Of a DNA stretch of 64,000 nucleotides, positions 18,058-29,220 are shown in pieces (the stretch's first letter is position 1; each line of letters starts with the position of its first letter). Source of the stretch: Nitrospirota bacterium (GTDB lineage Bacteria; Nitrospirota; UBA9217). The stretch spans positions 128,001 through 192,000 of the forward strand of contig CAVVOB010000018.1 of assembly GCA_963749655.1 (NCBI GenBank), given 5' to 3'. Below the pieces are notes generated by a model. It made no database searches. It was given only the letters and a program-made list of their open reading frames with translations, and had not been told where the DNA came from. The position numbers and the translations under genes were made by a program.

Positions 18058-18913
18058 TCAGGTTTTCACCACCAGAACAGGGCAGGGTGCGTAGCCGATG
18101 ACCCTCTCCGCAACACTGCCCATGAGCAGTCTGCGAAGCCCTGTCCGGCCGTGCGAGCCGATCACGATCAGGTCCGCATTCTGGTCTTTCGCAAGGGTGA
18201 TGACGGCCTCGTGGGCTTCGGCCTCTCCGACAAAGGTCTCAGCCTCAACACCGGCCGACGCGGCCTTCGTCTTCACTTCGGCCACATATTCCCTGGCTTT
18301 GCGCACAAGATCTTCCACCGCCTGAGGGGCCTCGGCATAGAACTCGGGCGGCACATCCGCCGCGGAAAGGACTTTCAGCGCGCCGCCATAGGATTGTGCA
18401 AAGGCAATGGCGCGATCCGCAGCCGCAGCGCTGTACCGCGAGCCGTCCGTCGCGACCACGATCGTTTTCCACCCCAGCGAGGTGCCTTCGGGAACGACCA
18501 GCACATCGCGCTGGGAATGGCCGATGACGCGGGCAGCCACACTGCCCACCAGCGATCGCTCGATGAACCGCTGGCCGCGCCTTCCCATGACCGTCACGTC
18601 GCAGTTCTCCGCATCGGCCAGGTCGACGATGCGCATATAGATCTCGCCTTCGATGCAGACCGTCTTGACGAGCATCCGTTCGGCGTCAGCGGCCTTTTGC
18701 GCGGCGGCGAGGGCGTCCTCGCAGGGCTTCCTGAGCGCCGCGCGGATGTCCTTGATCCCCACGGTCTCGATCTCGCCGTCATAGGCCGGCACAACCGACG
18801 TGACTGTTATCCAGCATTTTTCCTGGTTCGCCAGCCTGAACGCCTGGTGAAGGGCGTTCAGGCTGGATTCCGAACCGTCAACAGCAACAAGGGATCTTTT
18901 TATACTTTCCCAT
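18058..18913 (-). CDS. Tandem universal stress protein; one extra base near 18891-18893
   Basis: Removing one G restores MGKYKKILVAVDGS from ATG 18913; two USP domains (GRRG...VGSV, GSHGRTGLRRLLMGSV). Confidence 0.88.
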
Positions 18914-19982
18914 GCTCCAGGGCTCCGGAGGCCTGCTGCAGTCTCTCGGCCTGGCGTCCCTGCCACATGGCACGAAGAACGATGAAAGCACCGAGCAGCA
19001 ATGCGAAGATCATTATAGCAAAGCTGCCGTTTTTCAGCAACGTGACCGTCGTGTCGCCCATTTTGTCGATGAGGCCGAGCTGGGCAAGATACACGGGGAC
19101 CATGAGGCCGCGGCTGAAGAGCACGATCACCATGATCACGCCCATTACGACCTTGATCATGAAGGGCTTTACATAGGTCGTCCCGATGGCGCCGAGCTGG
19201 ATGCCGAACAGCGATCCTCCGAGGATGATCATGGCCAGCCGGATGTCGACCATTCCGTGCATCGCGTACTTGAACGATCCGCCGAGGCCCATCACGAAGG
19301 CAATCACCAGCTCCGTGGCGGAAGCCATGAGGCTCGGCGCGCCGAGCACGTAGATCATGGCGGGAACGCCGACGAAACCGCCCACTGCAATCGTGGCCGC
19401 CATCATGCCCGTTGCAAAACCAAGGGGGATGGTGAAGAGGATGGAAACGCGGGCATTGATGCTTTTGAAATAGACCATGGTTCCGGGGATATTGATGGAC
19501 TGGACCCATTTCGCCAGCTTGCCGGTCTTTTCCTCTGCCTGGGAATTTCCGGACCGGTAGGTTTTCCAGGCATCATAGAGGACGAAGCCGCCGACTGTGG
19601 CGAGAATCACCACGAAGGCCACGCTGACGTAGAGGTTCGAACCCGCATCGCCGAAAGCAGCTTTGATCCGCTCCTGGATCGTAGCGCCGTAGAGGACGCC
19701 CGCTTCGGCCGAGACGCCGAGGATCACGCCCAGCTTGACGTCGACCTGACCGTACTTGAAACGCTTCATCGCGCCTACGAGCGCCTTGGGGAACTTGTGG
19801 CACATATTGCTTGCCACGGCCATGAGACCGGGGACGCCCAGGCTCATCATGCCCGGCGTAAGAACGAATGCGCCGCCTGAGCCGATGAATCCGCTGACGA
19901 GACCGCCGACAAAACCAACTCCAAAAAGGTACAGCACCGTGATGGCATCGAGATTGATGAAACCCGTCGCAATATCGTGCAT
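18900..19982 (-). CDS. TauE/SafE (TSUP) family exporter, second subfamily
   Basis: VSGFIGSGGAFVLTP, TIAVGGFVGVPAMIY; multiple TM helices. Confidence 0.9.
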   Translation of the reverse strand: MHDIATGFINLDAITVLYLFGVGFVGGLVSGFIGSGGAFVLTPGMMSLGVPGLMAVASNMCHKFPKALVGAMKRFKYGQVDVKLGVILGVSAEAGVLYGATIQERIKAAFGDAGSNLYVSVAFVVILATVGGFVLYDAWKTYRSGNSQAEEKTGKLAKWVQSINIPGTMVYFKSINARVSILFTIPLGFATGMMAATIAVGGFVGVPAMIYVLGAPSLMASATELVIAFVMGLGGSFKYAMHGMVDIRLAMIILGGSLFGIQLGAIGTTYVKPFMIKVVMGVIMVIVLFSRGLMVPVYLAQLGLIDKMGDTTVTLLKNGSFAIMIFALLLGAFIVLRAMWQGRQAERLQQASGALEHGKV

Positions 19983-19983
19983 G

Positions 19984-20235
19984 TTATTTTACCTCCGTTT
20001 TCTTTTTCGAAGCCTCGACGCCGAGCACGGTCCAGAAATGACCGGTGAATGATCCATGAAAAAATGAAAAAACAAATGCCGTTATGATCGGCAGGAATGC
20101 AAACCATCCTCCCTTTGCAAAACTGCCGTTCACCATGTCCTGGTTGGACATGAGGTACACGTACAGGCCGACTGAGATGATTCCCATTGCCACCATTTTC
20201 CCTACGGGCTTCTTCTTGGTGATGCTTTGTGCCAT
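19984..20235 (-). CDS. Small 2-TM membrane protein, TauE-associated
   Basis: SD AAGGAGG; two hydrophobic segments; FSFFHGSFTGHFWTVLG motif; 1 nt upstream of TauE. Confidence 0.8.
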   Translation of the reverse strand: MAQSITKKKPVGKMVAMGIISVGLYVYLMSNQDMVNGSFAKGGWFAFLPIITAFVFSFFHGSFTGHFWTVLGVEASKKKTEVK

Positions 20236-20409
20236 TTGATTCCTCCTTGAAAATGAAATATGGTTCTCCTGTTCACGATCAACCGGTTGGGAACCGGTGA
20301 CGCTTATGAGTGCTGCAGTCCGTCATCGATCCCGCATTGTGCCTGCGCGGCTCGAAGGCAGAAGGAACCGGCGTGCATGCTGAAGGTAACGCCGGATGCT
20401 GCCTGCTGC

Positions 20410-21015
20410 TTACGCTGCACAGCAGGCCTGCCGGGTCATGGTAACGATCGGCCGGGAAGCGGTGCGGACGAGCGAATTCAGCTCCTTGGCGGAAACATAG
20501 CCGTCGCTCGTCACCGCCGGGCTGAGCACGACCTTGTCGATGCCCGTATGGGTCTTGAGGAACGTCTTGATCCCCGCAACGGCGTCGAGCTTCGAGTCCT
20601 CGACCTTTACGTCGATCCCTTCTTTTCTGCACAGGGTCGTAAGATCTGCCAGCTTTTCTTCGAAGCTCTTGCGGAGATCAGTGGAACTCTGCCCCACAAT
20701 ACCGCGCGCGGTGTCGAACTCCCCTTCCTCGGCATAGGCCGCGGCGGTCAGGATGTTCTCGACCGCGTTGACCTCGAAGTTCTCGCGCACTGCGCCCTGC
20801 ATCATGATCTCCCGCGCCGTGTCCTGCTCTCCCTCTTCGGCAAAAGACGCTGCGGCCATCATATTGCCGAGCCTGTTGATGACACTGCCCTTCTTCTGGA
20901 CCAGCAAAAGCGTGATGTCTTCGTACATGGCTTTTGCCAGCTCGATGGCATAGGCGCCGCCCTCTTCGATGTTCTCGTCCCGGTAGGTGACGAATAGAAG
21001 TTGTCTTTTTCCCAT
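20410..21015 (-). CDS. USP-like hypothetical protein with a duplicated (F/Y)AEEGE motif
   Basis: Paralog of 14147-14623; AASFAEEGEQDTAREI and AAAYAEEGEFDTARGI; SD AAGGAGG. Confidence 0.82.
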   Translation of the reverse strand: MGKRQLLFVTYRDENIEEGGAYAIELAKAMYEDITLLLVQKKGSVINRLGNMMAAASFAEEGEQDTAREIMMQGAVRENFEVNAVENILTAAAYAEEGEFDTARGIVGQSSTDLRKSFEEKLADLTTLCRKEGIDVKVEDSKLDAVAGIKTFLKTHTGIDKVVLSPAVTSDGYVSAKELNSLVRTASRPIVTMTRQACCAA

Positions 21016-21075
21016 GGTAGTATCCTCCTTACGGTTAATTTGTCTGCGCTCTACAGCGTTTTCACTTATGTATAT

Positions 21076-21091
21076 TGCACCACACGTGCCA
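21076..21091 (-). promoter_or_regulatory. sigma54 promoter
   Basis: Minus strand TGGCACGTGTGGTGCA, near-consensus -24/-12. Confidence 0.85.
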
Positions 21092-21629
21092 AAACCTAAT
21101 TGATTGTTTTTGCGCGATAAAATAGAAATACGGATAAAGTCTATCGTTTCATATTTAAACGGTGCTGAACGGTGGTGACAGCGGAGTCAAGGGATGGATA
21201 TGTATTCTTTCCTTATAATAGGGGCTAAAAACGATGTTTTGCAGGTGAGCAGGACAGACCGGATGGAGCTCTGAGGGGAAATTATTGTTTCGATTTGGAA
21301 CACCTGGCTTGAGGGGTCCTTCAGTTCAAGAGGAAAGGTAGCCGAGGACTTCTCTCTCGCGCTAAGCCGCCAAGACGCTAAAAAACGATGGAGCCACAGA
21401 TCAACACAGATTGCCACAGATGATTCGCATGAGTCTGCTTCAACTCAGCTTGAGGAAAGAAGAGGGCGCGATGCAGGATGCACAGTATGATGAGGAGTTT
21501 TAGAAGGATGTATAAAAGAATCGTATATCAAATAACGTATTGATTTCACGATGAGCAGTTCAGAAAGACTTACTTTACTTTGCGCCTTTGCGTCTTTGCG
21601 CGAAACAGTCTTTTTTTATAAAAATTAAT

Positions 21630-22979
21630 CTAGCTCTCCCCTGCATCGCCGTCCTCTTTCAATATTCTCCAGAGGCTGGTGCGGGATATGCCGAGCACTT
21701 CGGAAGCGCGGGTCCGGTTCCCGCCGTACATTTCGAGGACCTTTTCCGCGTACTCCCTGTTCAATTCGTCGATGGTCTTGATCTTGTCGGGCTCGATGGT
21801 CTCGATCTGGAACATCTTGATCGTCTGGGGCAGGCTGTCGGCCGAGATGACCGGCCCCTTTTCAAGAATGATGGCCCGCTCGATGATGTTCTCCAGCTCA
21901 CGGACGTTGCCGGGGAAGCTGTAGTGTTTGAACACGGCCATCGCTTCCTTCGTGAATCCGGTTATCTTCTTGCGCGACTTCGGCAGGTGCTTTTCGAGAA
22001 AATAGGCGGAAAGCGGCTGGATGTCCTCGCGCCGGTCGCGCAGGGGGGCGATGAAGATCTCCATGATGTTCAGGCGGTAGTAGAGGTCTTCGCGGAACCT
22101 GCCCTCGGCAATGACCGCGCGCACGTTTTGGTTGGTCGCAGCGATGAACCGCACGTCGACCTTGATGGGCCGGGTGCCGCCGACGCGGTAGAACTCGCCT
22201 TCCTCAATCACCTTGAGCAGTTTGGCCTGGAGGTTCGGCGTCATTTCCGCGATCTCGTCGAGGAACAGCGTGCCCGTGTCGGCGATCTCCACGAGGCCCT
22301 GCTTGGTCTTGACCGCGCCGGTGAAGGCCCCCTTTTCATGCCCGAAGAGCTCGCTGGCGAGGAGCTCCTCGGTGAGGGTGGCGCAGTTGATGGACAGGAA
22401 CGGCATGGTCTGGCGCCTGCCGGTGTAATGGATGATCTTGGCCAGGAGGCTCTTGCCCACACCGGTCTCGCCCGTGAGGAGCACGTTGCAGTCGGAGTCC
22501 TTCATCCCCTCGATGATGCCGAGGATGTTGAGCATGCTTTCGCTCTTCGCGATGATGGAGACCTTCTTGTCCGAGCTTGCAAAGGCCCTGAGCGCGACGT
22601 TCTCGCGTTTGAGGCTGGCCTGTTCGCTGATTTTTTTCACCTTGTGCAGGAGTTCGTCGAGGTCGAAGGGCTTGGTCACGTAGTCGTTGGCGCCCTTTTT
22701 CATGGCGTCGACGACGGAGCTGATGCTGCCGAACCCGGTGACGATGATCACCTCGGTCTCGATCTGCTTCTCACGGACCATCTCGAGGAGCTCGATCCCC
22801 GTATGGCCCGGCATCTTGATGTCTGCTATCAGCAGGTCGAAATGATCCGACTCGAGCTTGTGCATCGCATCCAGCCCGTTCGGCACGCCGGTGACGAGAT
22901 AGGATTCCTTGCTCAGAGCGTTGACCAGGTGCTTCAAGGTGATCTCTTCGTCTTCTGCTACCAGTATTTTAAATGCCAT
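21630..22979 (-). CDS. sigma54-dependent NtrC-family response regulator
   Basis: Close paralog of 14878-16209; GETGVGKS, GAFTGA, HTH. Confidence 0.95.
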   Translation of the reverse strand: MAFKILVAEDEEITLKHLVNALSKESYLVTGVPNGLDAMHKLESDHFDLLIADIKMPGHTGIELLEMVREKQIETEVIIVTGFGSISSVVDAMKKGANDYVTKPFDLDELLHKVKKISEQASLKRENVALRAFASSDKKVSIIAKSESMLNILGIIEGMKDSDCNVLLTGETGVGKSLLAKIIHYTGRRQTMPFLSINCATLTEELLASELFGHEKGAFTGAVKTKQGLVEIADTGTLFLDEIAEMTPNLQAKLLKVIEEGEFYRVGGTRPIKVDVRFIAATNQNVRAVIAEGRFREDLYYRLNIMEIFIAPLRDRREDIQPLSAYFLEKHLPKSRKKITGFTKEAMAVFKHYSFPGNVRELENIIERAIILEKGPVISADSLPQTIKMFQIETIEPDKIKTIDELNREYAEKVLEMYGGNRTRASEVLGISRTSLWRILKEDGDAGES

Positions 22980-23129
22980 GAAATTCCCTGTCCGTCAATG
23001 TGGATAAATTCGTAAAAAGGCTTTTCACCGAAGAGAACGCCGGGGTCGCAGAGAAATTTAGTCGGAATCTATAAGGATTTCCTCTGCGTTCTCTGCGCGC
23101 TCTCGGTAAAATTTGCTTTTACGATTTCA

Positions 23130-24704
23130 TCAATGTTGCTTCAGGGGAAGGGCGATCGTGAAAGTCGTACCCCGCCCCTCCTCGCTCTCGGCGACGATTT
23201 CGCCGTTGTGTTTCTTGACGATATTATACACGATCGCGAGTCCCAGGCCGGTTCCCTTGTCCCTGGTCGTAAAAAAAGGTTCGAAGACCTTGTCCAGGTT
23301 GTCCCGCGGGATGCCCTTTCCCGTATCGGCGACGACGACAACGGCCGATTCCTCGGTCTTCCTGATCGTGACTGCAATGCTGCCGGTTCCTTCGACTGCG
23401 TCCGCAGCGTTTGCGAACAGATTGGTGAATACCTGCTCGAGCTGCCCCCGGTCCGCGGGCACAGAGATCTGCGGGGGTATGGAATCGAGGGTGAAGCTGA
23501 TAGTGACCATGTCGCGGGCGCCGGCCAGATGGCGGTAAGAACCCGTGATCAGGTCCGCCAGCTCCACGTCCTGGTACCGGGGCTCCCTGCCGCGGGCGAA
23601 CTCAAGAAGGTCTCCCACAATCCGCTTGACGCGGGCCGTCTGGCCCACGATGTCGGTGACCGCCTCCTTGATCGCCGGCGGGCACTGGTCCCCCGCCTCC
23701 CGCGACAGCACCTGGGCGCTCAGGTAAATGTTGTTCAGGGGGTTGTTCAGCTCATGCGCCACGCCCGAGGCCAGGGTGCCGATGGCGGCGAGCTTCTTTG
23801 CCTGCATCAGCTCCTTGTTCTTGCGCTCGAGCTCGGACTCGTGCGCCGCAAGCTGGTCCTCCATCTCGTTGAACTTTCCGATCAGCACCCCCACCTCGTC
23901 GAGGGCCCCGCTCCGGGGGGGCGGCACTGAAAGCTGCGGATAGGAACCGCTGCCCGTTTTTTCGACGACCCTGATCAGCAGAATGAGCCGTTTAACCACG
24001 CTGGTGCTGATGAAAAAAAGCGTCCCGATGCCCACGGCGAAGAAGAGGGGAAAGAAGATCAGGATGGCGACCTGGGAGACGCGGATCACGGTCTCCACCT
24101 TCTCCCGAGCGACCTTGTCCAGGTCCTTGGAAACGACGACGATGGATTCGCCCGTTTTCCTGAGCGCCGTGATCTCGGAGGACAGTTCCTTGAGCCTTTT
24201 GATCAGGGGGTGCTGCGGAGGCAGGTGAAAGGCCTCCCTGAGTGACGCAGCAGACCGCAGGGGCTGTTCCAGGAACGTCGCCTCCACGAGGGGCAGGTAC
24301 CGGGCGGAACCGCCGAGCGACCTTCTGGTCATTTCGAATTCGTGGATCAGCCGCCTCGACGATGACTCAATTGAGAGAAACAGGCGCTCGTATTCCGAAA
24401 TGCTGTCCCGGAAACTCTGGGTGTCCTGCCGCTCCATGTCCGGGCTGTCGAGGAGCTCCCGGAGCTGATCGATATACTGATGGACTGCGGACGACTCTTC
24501 CTCCGCCTGTTGAGGGCTGTACAGGAAATAGTTCTTCTCGTGCCTGCGGAGCTGGAGTGACTTGCGGCTGATCGTGTCCGTGACCTCGAGATACCGTATC
24601 TGCTGCTTGATCTCGATGAAGTTGATGTACTCGAAGGCCGCGAGAATCGCGATAATAAAGGCGCTGATGAAGAAGCTGAGGGCTATTTTTTTCTTGAGTG
24701 ACAT
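23130..24704 (-). CDS. Membrane sensor histidine kinase
   Basis: Paralog of 16379-17944; LQLRRHEKNYFLY, GVAHELNNPL. Confidence 0.93.
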   Translation of the reverse strand: MSLKKKIALSFFISAFIIAILAAFEYINFIEIKQQIRYLEVTDTISRKSLQLRRHEKNYFLYSPQQAEEESSAVHQYIDQLRELLDSPDMERQDTQSFRDSISEYERLFLSIESSSRRLIHEFEMTRRSLGGSARYLPLVEATFLEQPLRSAASLREAFHLPPQHPLIKRLKELSSEITALRKTGESIVVVSKDLDKVAREKVETVIRVSQVAILIFFPLFFAVGIGTLFFISTSVVKRLILLIRVVEKTGSGSYPQLSVPPPRSGALDEVGVLIGKFNEMEDQLAAHESELERKNKELMQAKKLAAIGTLASGVAHELNNPLNNIYLSAQVLSREAGDQCPPAIKEAVTDIVGQTARVKRIVGDLLEFARGREPRYQDVELADLITGSYRHLAGARDMVTISFTLDSIPPQISVPADRGQLEQVFTNLFANAADAVEGTGSIAVTIRKTEESAVVVVADTGKGIPRDNLDKVFEPFFTTRDKGTGLGLAIVYNIVKKHNGEIVAESEEGRGTTFTIALPLKQH

Positions 24705-24915
24705 GGTCTCCTGGCAAGGACTGTATCATATTCCCCGTGCCCCTGGCAATCTGAAAAAACGGCCGGGCCGGCGCACGCCCGCAGTCAATCTAATTGTTGA
24801 ACAAAACAACCGGGTGTTGTACAATGCAACACGAACAGAAAAGGACGGACCAGAGGGCTCCGCCCGCGAGGTCGTTTCCTCAATTCCGAGAGGATCCCCG
24901 GAACAAACCGCACCG

Positions 24916-26591
<1,676 letters not shown>

Positions 26592-26686
26592 GAAATGCTT
26601 TTCTTCGTTTATTTTGACTGATATCCCGTTCGTGCAGAGCCGCAGCATGAACGGATACAAAGTATGATTTCATAAGGAGCAGGGAA

Positions 26687-28048
26687 ATGCAGGCCACAGC
26701 TAAAATACTCATTGTCGACGACGAGCGGGTCGCGCTCAGAAACCTCGAATACGTCACGAAAAAAGCGGGCTACGACGTGACCGGAACGCAGAGCGGATCG
26801 AACGCGCTGAGACTGCTGCAGGAAAACAGCTACGACGTCGTTCTCACGGATCTGCGCATGGAAAAAGTCGACGGCATGCAGATCCTGAAGAAGACCCGCG
26901 AGCTCCACCCGGACGCCGAGGTCATCATGATTACCGGATACGCGACGCTCGACTCCGCCGTCGAAACCATGAAGCACGGGGCGTTCTACTACATCGCCAA
27001 GCCCTATAAGCTGGAGGAAGTGCGCAAGGTGGTCAAGGAAGCTGCCGACAAGGTCCGTCTCAAGGTCGAGAACCGGCAGCTGCGCGACCAGCTGGAAAGC
27101 TACCAGGGAAAGATCAATATCCTGACCGAGGACATCGGCATGCAGAAGCTCCTCGAGACCGCGCGCCAGATAGCGCTCACGGACTGCAATGTGCTCATCT
27201 CGGCCGAGCGCGGCACCGGCAAGGAGCTCCTTGCGCGGTACATTCACCTGAACAGCACCCGCGCCGAGGGCGCGTTCTCCACGCTCAGCTGCGGTGCTTT
27301 GACGGAGGAGCTGCTTTCCTACGAGCTCTTTGGACACGAAAAGGGAGCGTTCAAGGGCGCGGCTTCCGTGAAAAAAGGGGTCGTAGAGGCGACGTCGGGA
27401 GGCACGCTGTTCCTTGACGAGATCACCGAGCTGCCGCCGTCGATCCAGGTGAAGCTCCTTCATGTGATCCAGGAAAAGGAAAGCATTCGTTACGGGGGCA
27501 CGGAACCGATCCCCGTCGACGTGCGGTTTGTGGCCGCTACGGACCGGGACATCAACGCCTCGATCCAGAACGGCTCGTTCCGCCAGGACCTCTACTTCCG
27601 GCTGAACGTTGTCTCGCTCCGCATCCCGCCGCTCGTGGACCGCAAGGACGACATCCCCCTGCTGTCGTTCCATTTCCTGAAGAAATATGCCGCCCTTATG
27701 AAAAAAGGAGTGACCGAGATTTCTCCGGACGTGCTCAGCCTGCTCCTCAACTATGACTTCCCGGGAAACGTGCGGGAGCTCGAAAACGTCATCGAACGCG
27801 GCGTTGCACTTGCGAACGACAGGATGATCGAGGCGGCCCACCTGCCGGAGCATCTTCGGGAGCTCAGCATCAAGACGTTCAGGAAAAAGGAGGGCAAAAT
27901 CCCCTCTCTGGACGACCAGGAAATGGTCTACATCAAGTGGGTGCTGAACGAAGTCGGAGGCAACAAAACCCTTGCCTCGCAGATCCTCGGCATCGACCGC
28001 GTCTCGCTCTGGAGAAAACTGAAAAAGTACGGCCTGGAGAGCGACTGA
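26687..28048 (+). CDS. NtrC-family response regulator with a variant GAFKGA loop
   Basis: REC domain, [35 protein letters not shown]. Confidence 0.92.
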   Translation: MQATAKILIVDDERVALRNLEYVTKKAGYDVTGTQSGSNALRLLQENSYDVVLTDLRMEKVDGMQILKKTRELHPDAEVIMITGYATLDSAVETMKHGAFYYIAKPYKLEEVRKVVKEAADKVRLKVENRQLRDQLESYQGKINILTEDIGMQKLLETARQIALTDCNVLISAERGTGKELLARYIHLNSTRAEGAFSTLSCGALTEELLSYELFGHEKGAFKGAASVKKGVVEATSGGTLFLDEITELPPSIQVKLLHVIQEKESIRYGGTEPIPVDVRFVAATDRDINASIQNGSFRQDLYFRLNVVSLRIPPLVDRKDDIPLLSFHFLKKYAALMKKGVTEISPDVLSLLLNYDFPGNVRELENVIERGVALANDRMIEAAHLPEHLRELSIKTFRKKEGKIPSLDDQEMVYIKWVLNEVGGNKTLASQILGIDRVSLWRKLKKYGLESD

Positions 28049-28071
28049 CTGATGCGGGCCGGTCTCATGCC

Positions 28072-28254
28072 ATGAATATTTCCAAAACAGCATTGATCAT
28101 AGGCCTCGTCATCGTCGCCCTGCTGTCGCTCAAGGTGCTCAAGCAGTTCATCAAGCTGGCCTTTACACTCCTGTCTCTGAAAATCGTATGGCTGGGGCTG
28201 ATCGTCCTTTTTCTCCTTGTGTGGGCAAAAAAATTCACGCAGCCGCCTTCATAG
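28072..28254 (+). CDS. Small hydrophobic membrane protein
   Basis: MNISKTALIIGLVIVALLSLK...; 60 aa with two hydrophobic segments. Confidence 0.55.
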   Translation: MNISKTALIIGLVIVALLSLKVLKQFIKLAFTLLSLKIVWLGLIVLFLLVWAKKFTQPPS

Positions 28255-28417
28255 ACAGACAATCACTGCAAAAGACTGTTCTCGCGCAAAGCCGCAAAGA
28301 GCGCAAAGGAAAGCAGGACGGGGGCTGGAGCATGCCATTCCGGCTATTCTTTCCCCGCGCCTCCGCATCTCTGCGCAAAGCAGAATTTAATCATGAAAAG
28401 GACGTGATCTTTTTTTC

Positions 28418-29061
28418 ATGAACGACAAGATGCAGTCGCAACGCGAACAGACGAAAAGGCTTTTAAAAAACTATGCTCTATTCCTCGGCATTATCGGAGA
28501 ACTATTCAGGTCAGCGACGAAAAAGAACAGAGCCGGCTGCATGCGGGGTGTTATGGGTGTTGCTCGGGATTTTTCAGCATATCGATGCTCGATGCGCTGC
28601 ATCTCAGGGCGAGTATCAAAAAGACTCCTGCCGCGATCAGAAAGCGAGTCATCGGGCAGGCGATGGAACGGCTTGAACTTCTCGAAGAACAGGGCATCTT
28701 CTCGCTCATCGACCCGATTCTCAAATCTGCTTCCGCAATCGACACCCTCGCCCGGAAATCATCAGGCATGCGCTGTCCTGCCCTTGATGACAAGAACCGT
28801 TGCATGATCTACGAGCACCGGCCCCTGCTCTGCCGGATCTTCGGACCCACGATCCGGGGCAACCGAAGGTCGATCGTGATCAAAGGCTGCGGTCACTTTT
28901 CCAGGGACATTCCCGAAACGGACTTTCCCATACTGAGCATCTACAAGGACGAAGATGTGCTTCTCAAGGCCCTCTTCAAGCAGCTCGGCATCGACCCGCG
29001 CCGGAAAATCGAGACCATCATTCCCGCGGCCATGGTCCTGGACCTGGAAAAGTTCCTGTAA
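28418..29061 (+). CDS. YkgJ/FliB-like cysteine-cluster protein; one base missing in the G-run near 28544
   Basis: Adding one G gives CMRGCYGCC, in frame with CPALD...C.IYEHRPLLCRIFG; paralog of 40329-40943. Confidence 0.8.
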
Positions 29062-29220
29062 CAACTGCGCGTACATCTAATTTTCAACAGCCAGTCGTAT
29101 ATACCCCAAAAATACCCTTTCGAGTCTCTTGCAATCTCCAATAAAAAATAGTATCGTACTTTCGTTTGACCCTCCCAGCTCGCACACCATTCTGCAACTT
29201 TCCGTCATAAGGAGCCCGTC

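Noticed and set aside
18058-19509. 483-aa ORF as a fused USP overlapping TauE
   Set aside because: The N-terminal 200 aa are an alternate frame of the TauE gene; the true start is ATG 18913 with a one-base error
26609-28093. Long antisense ORFs (also 5881-7110, 15154-16356, 16286-17584, 21588-23015, 58601-59818)
   Set aside because: Shadows of GC-rich genes on the opposite strand, with no motifs or SD sequences
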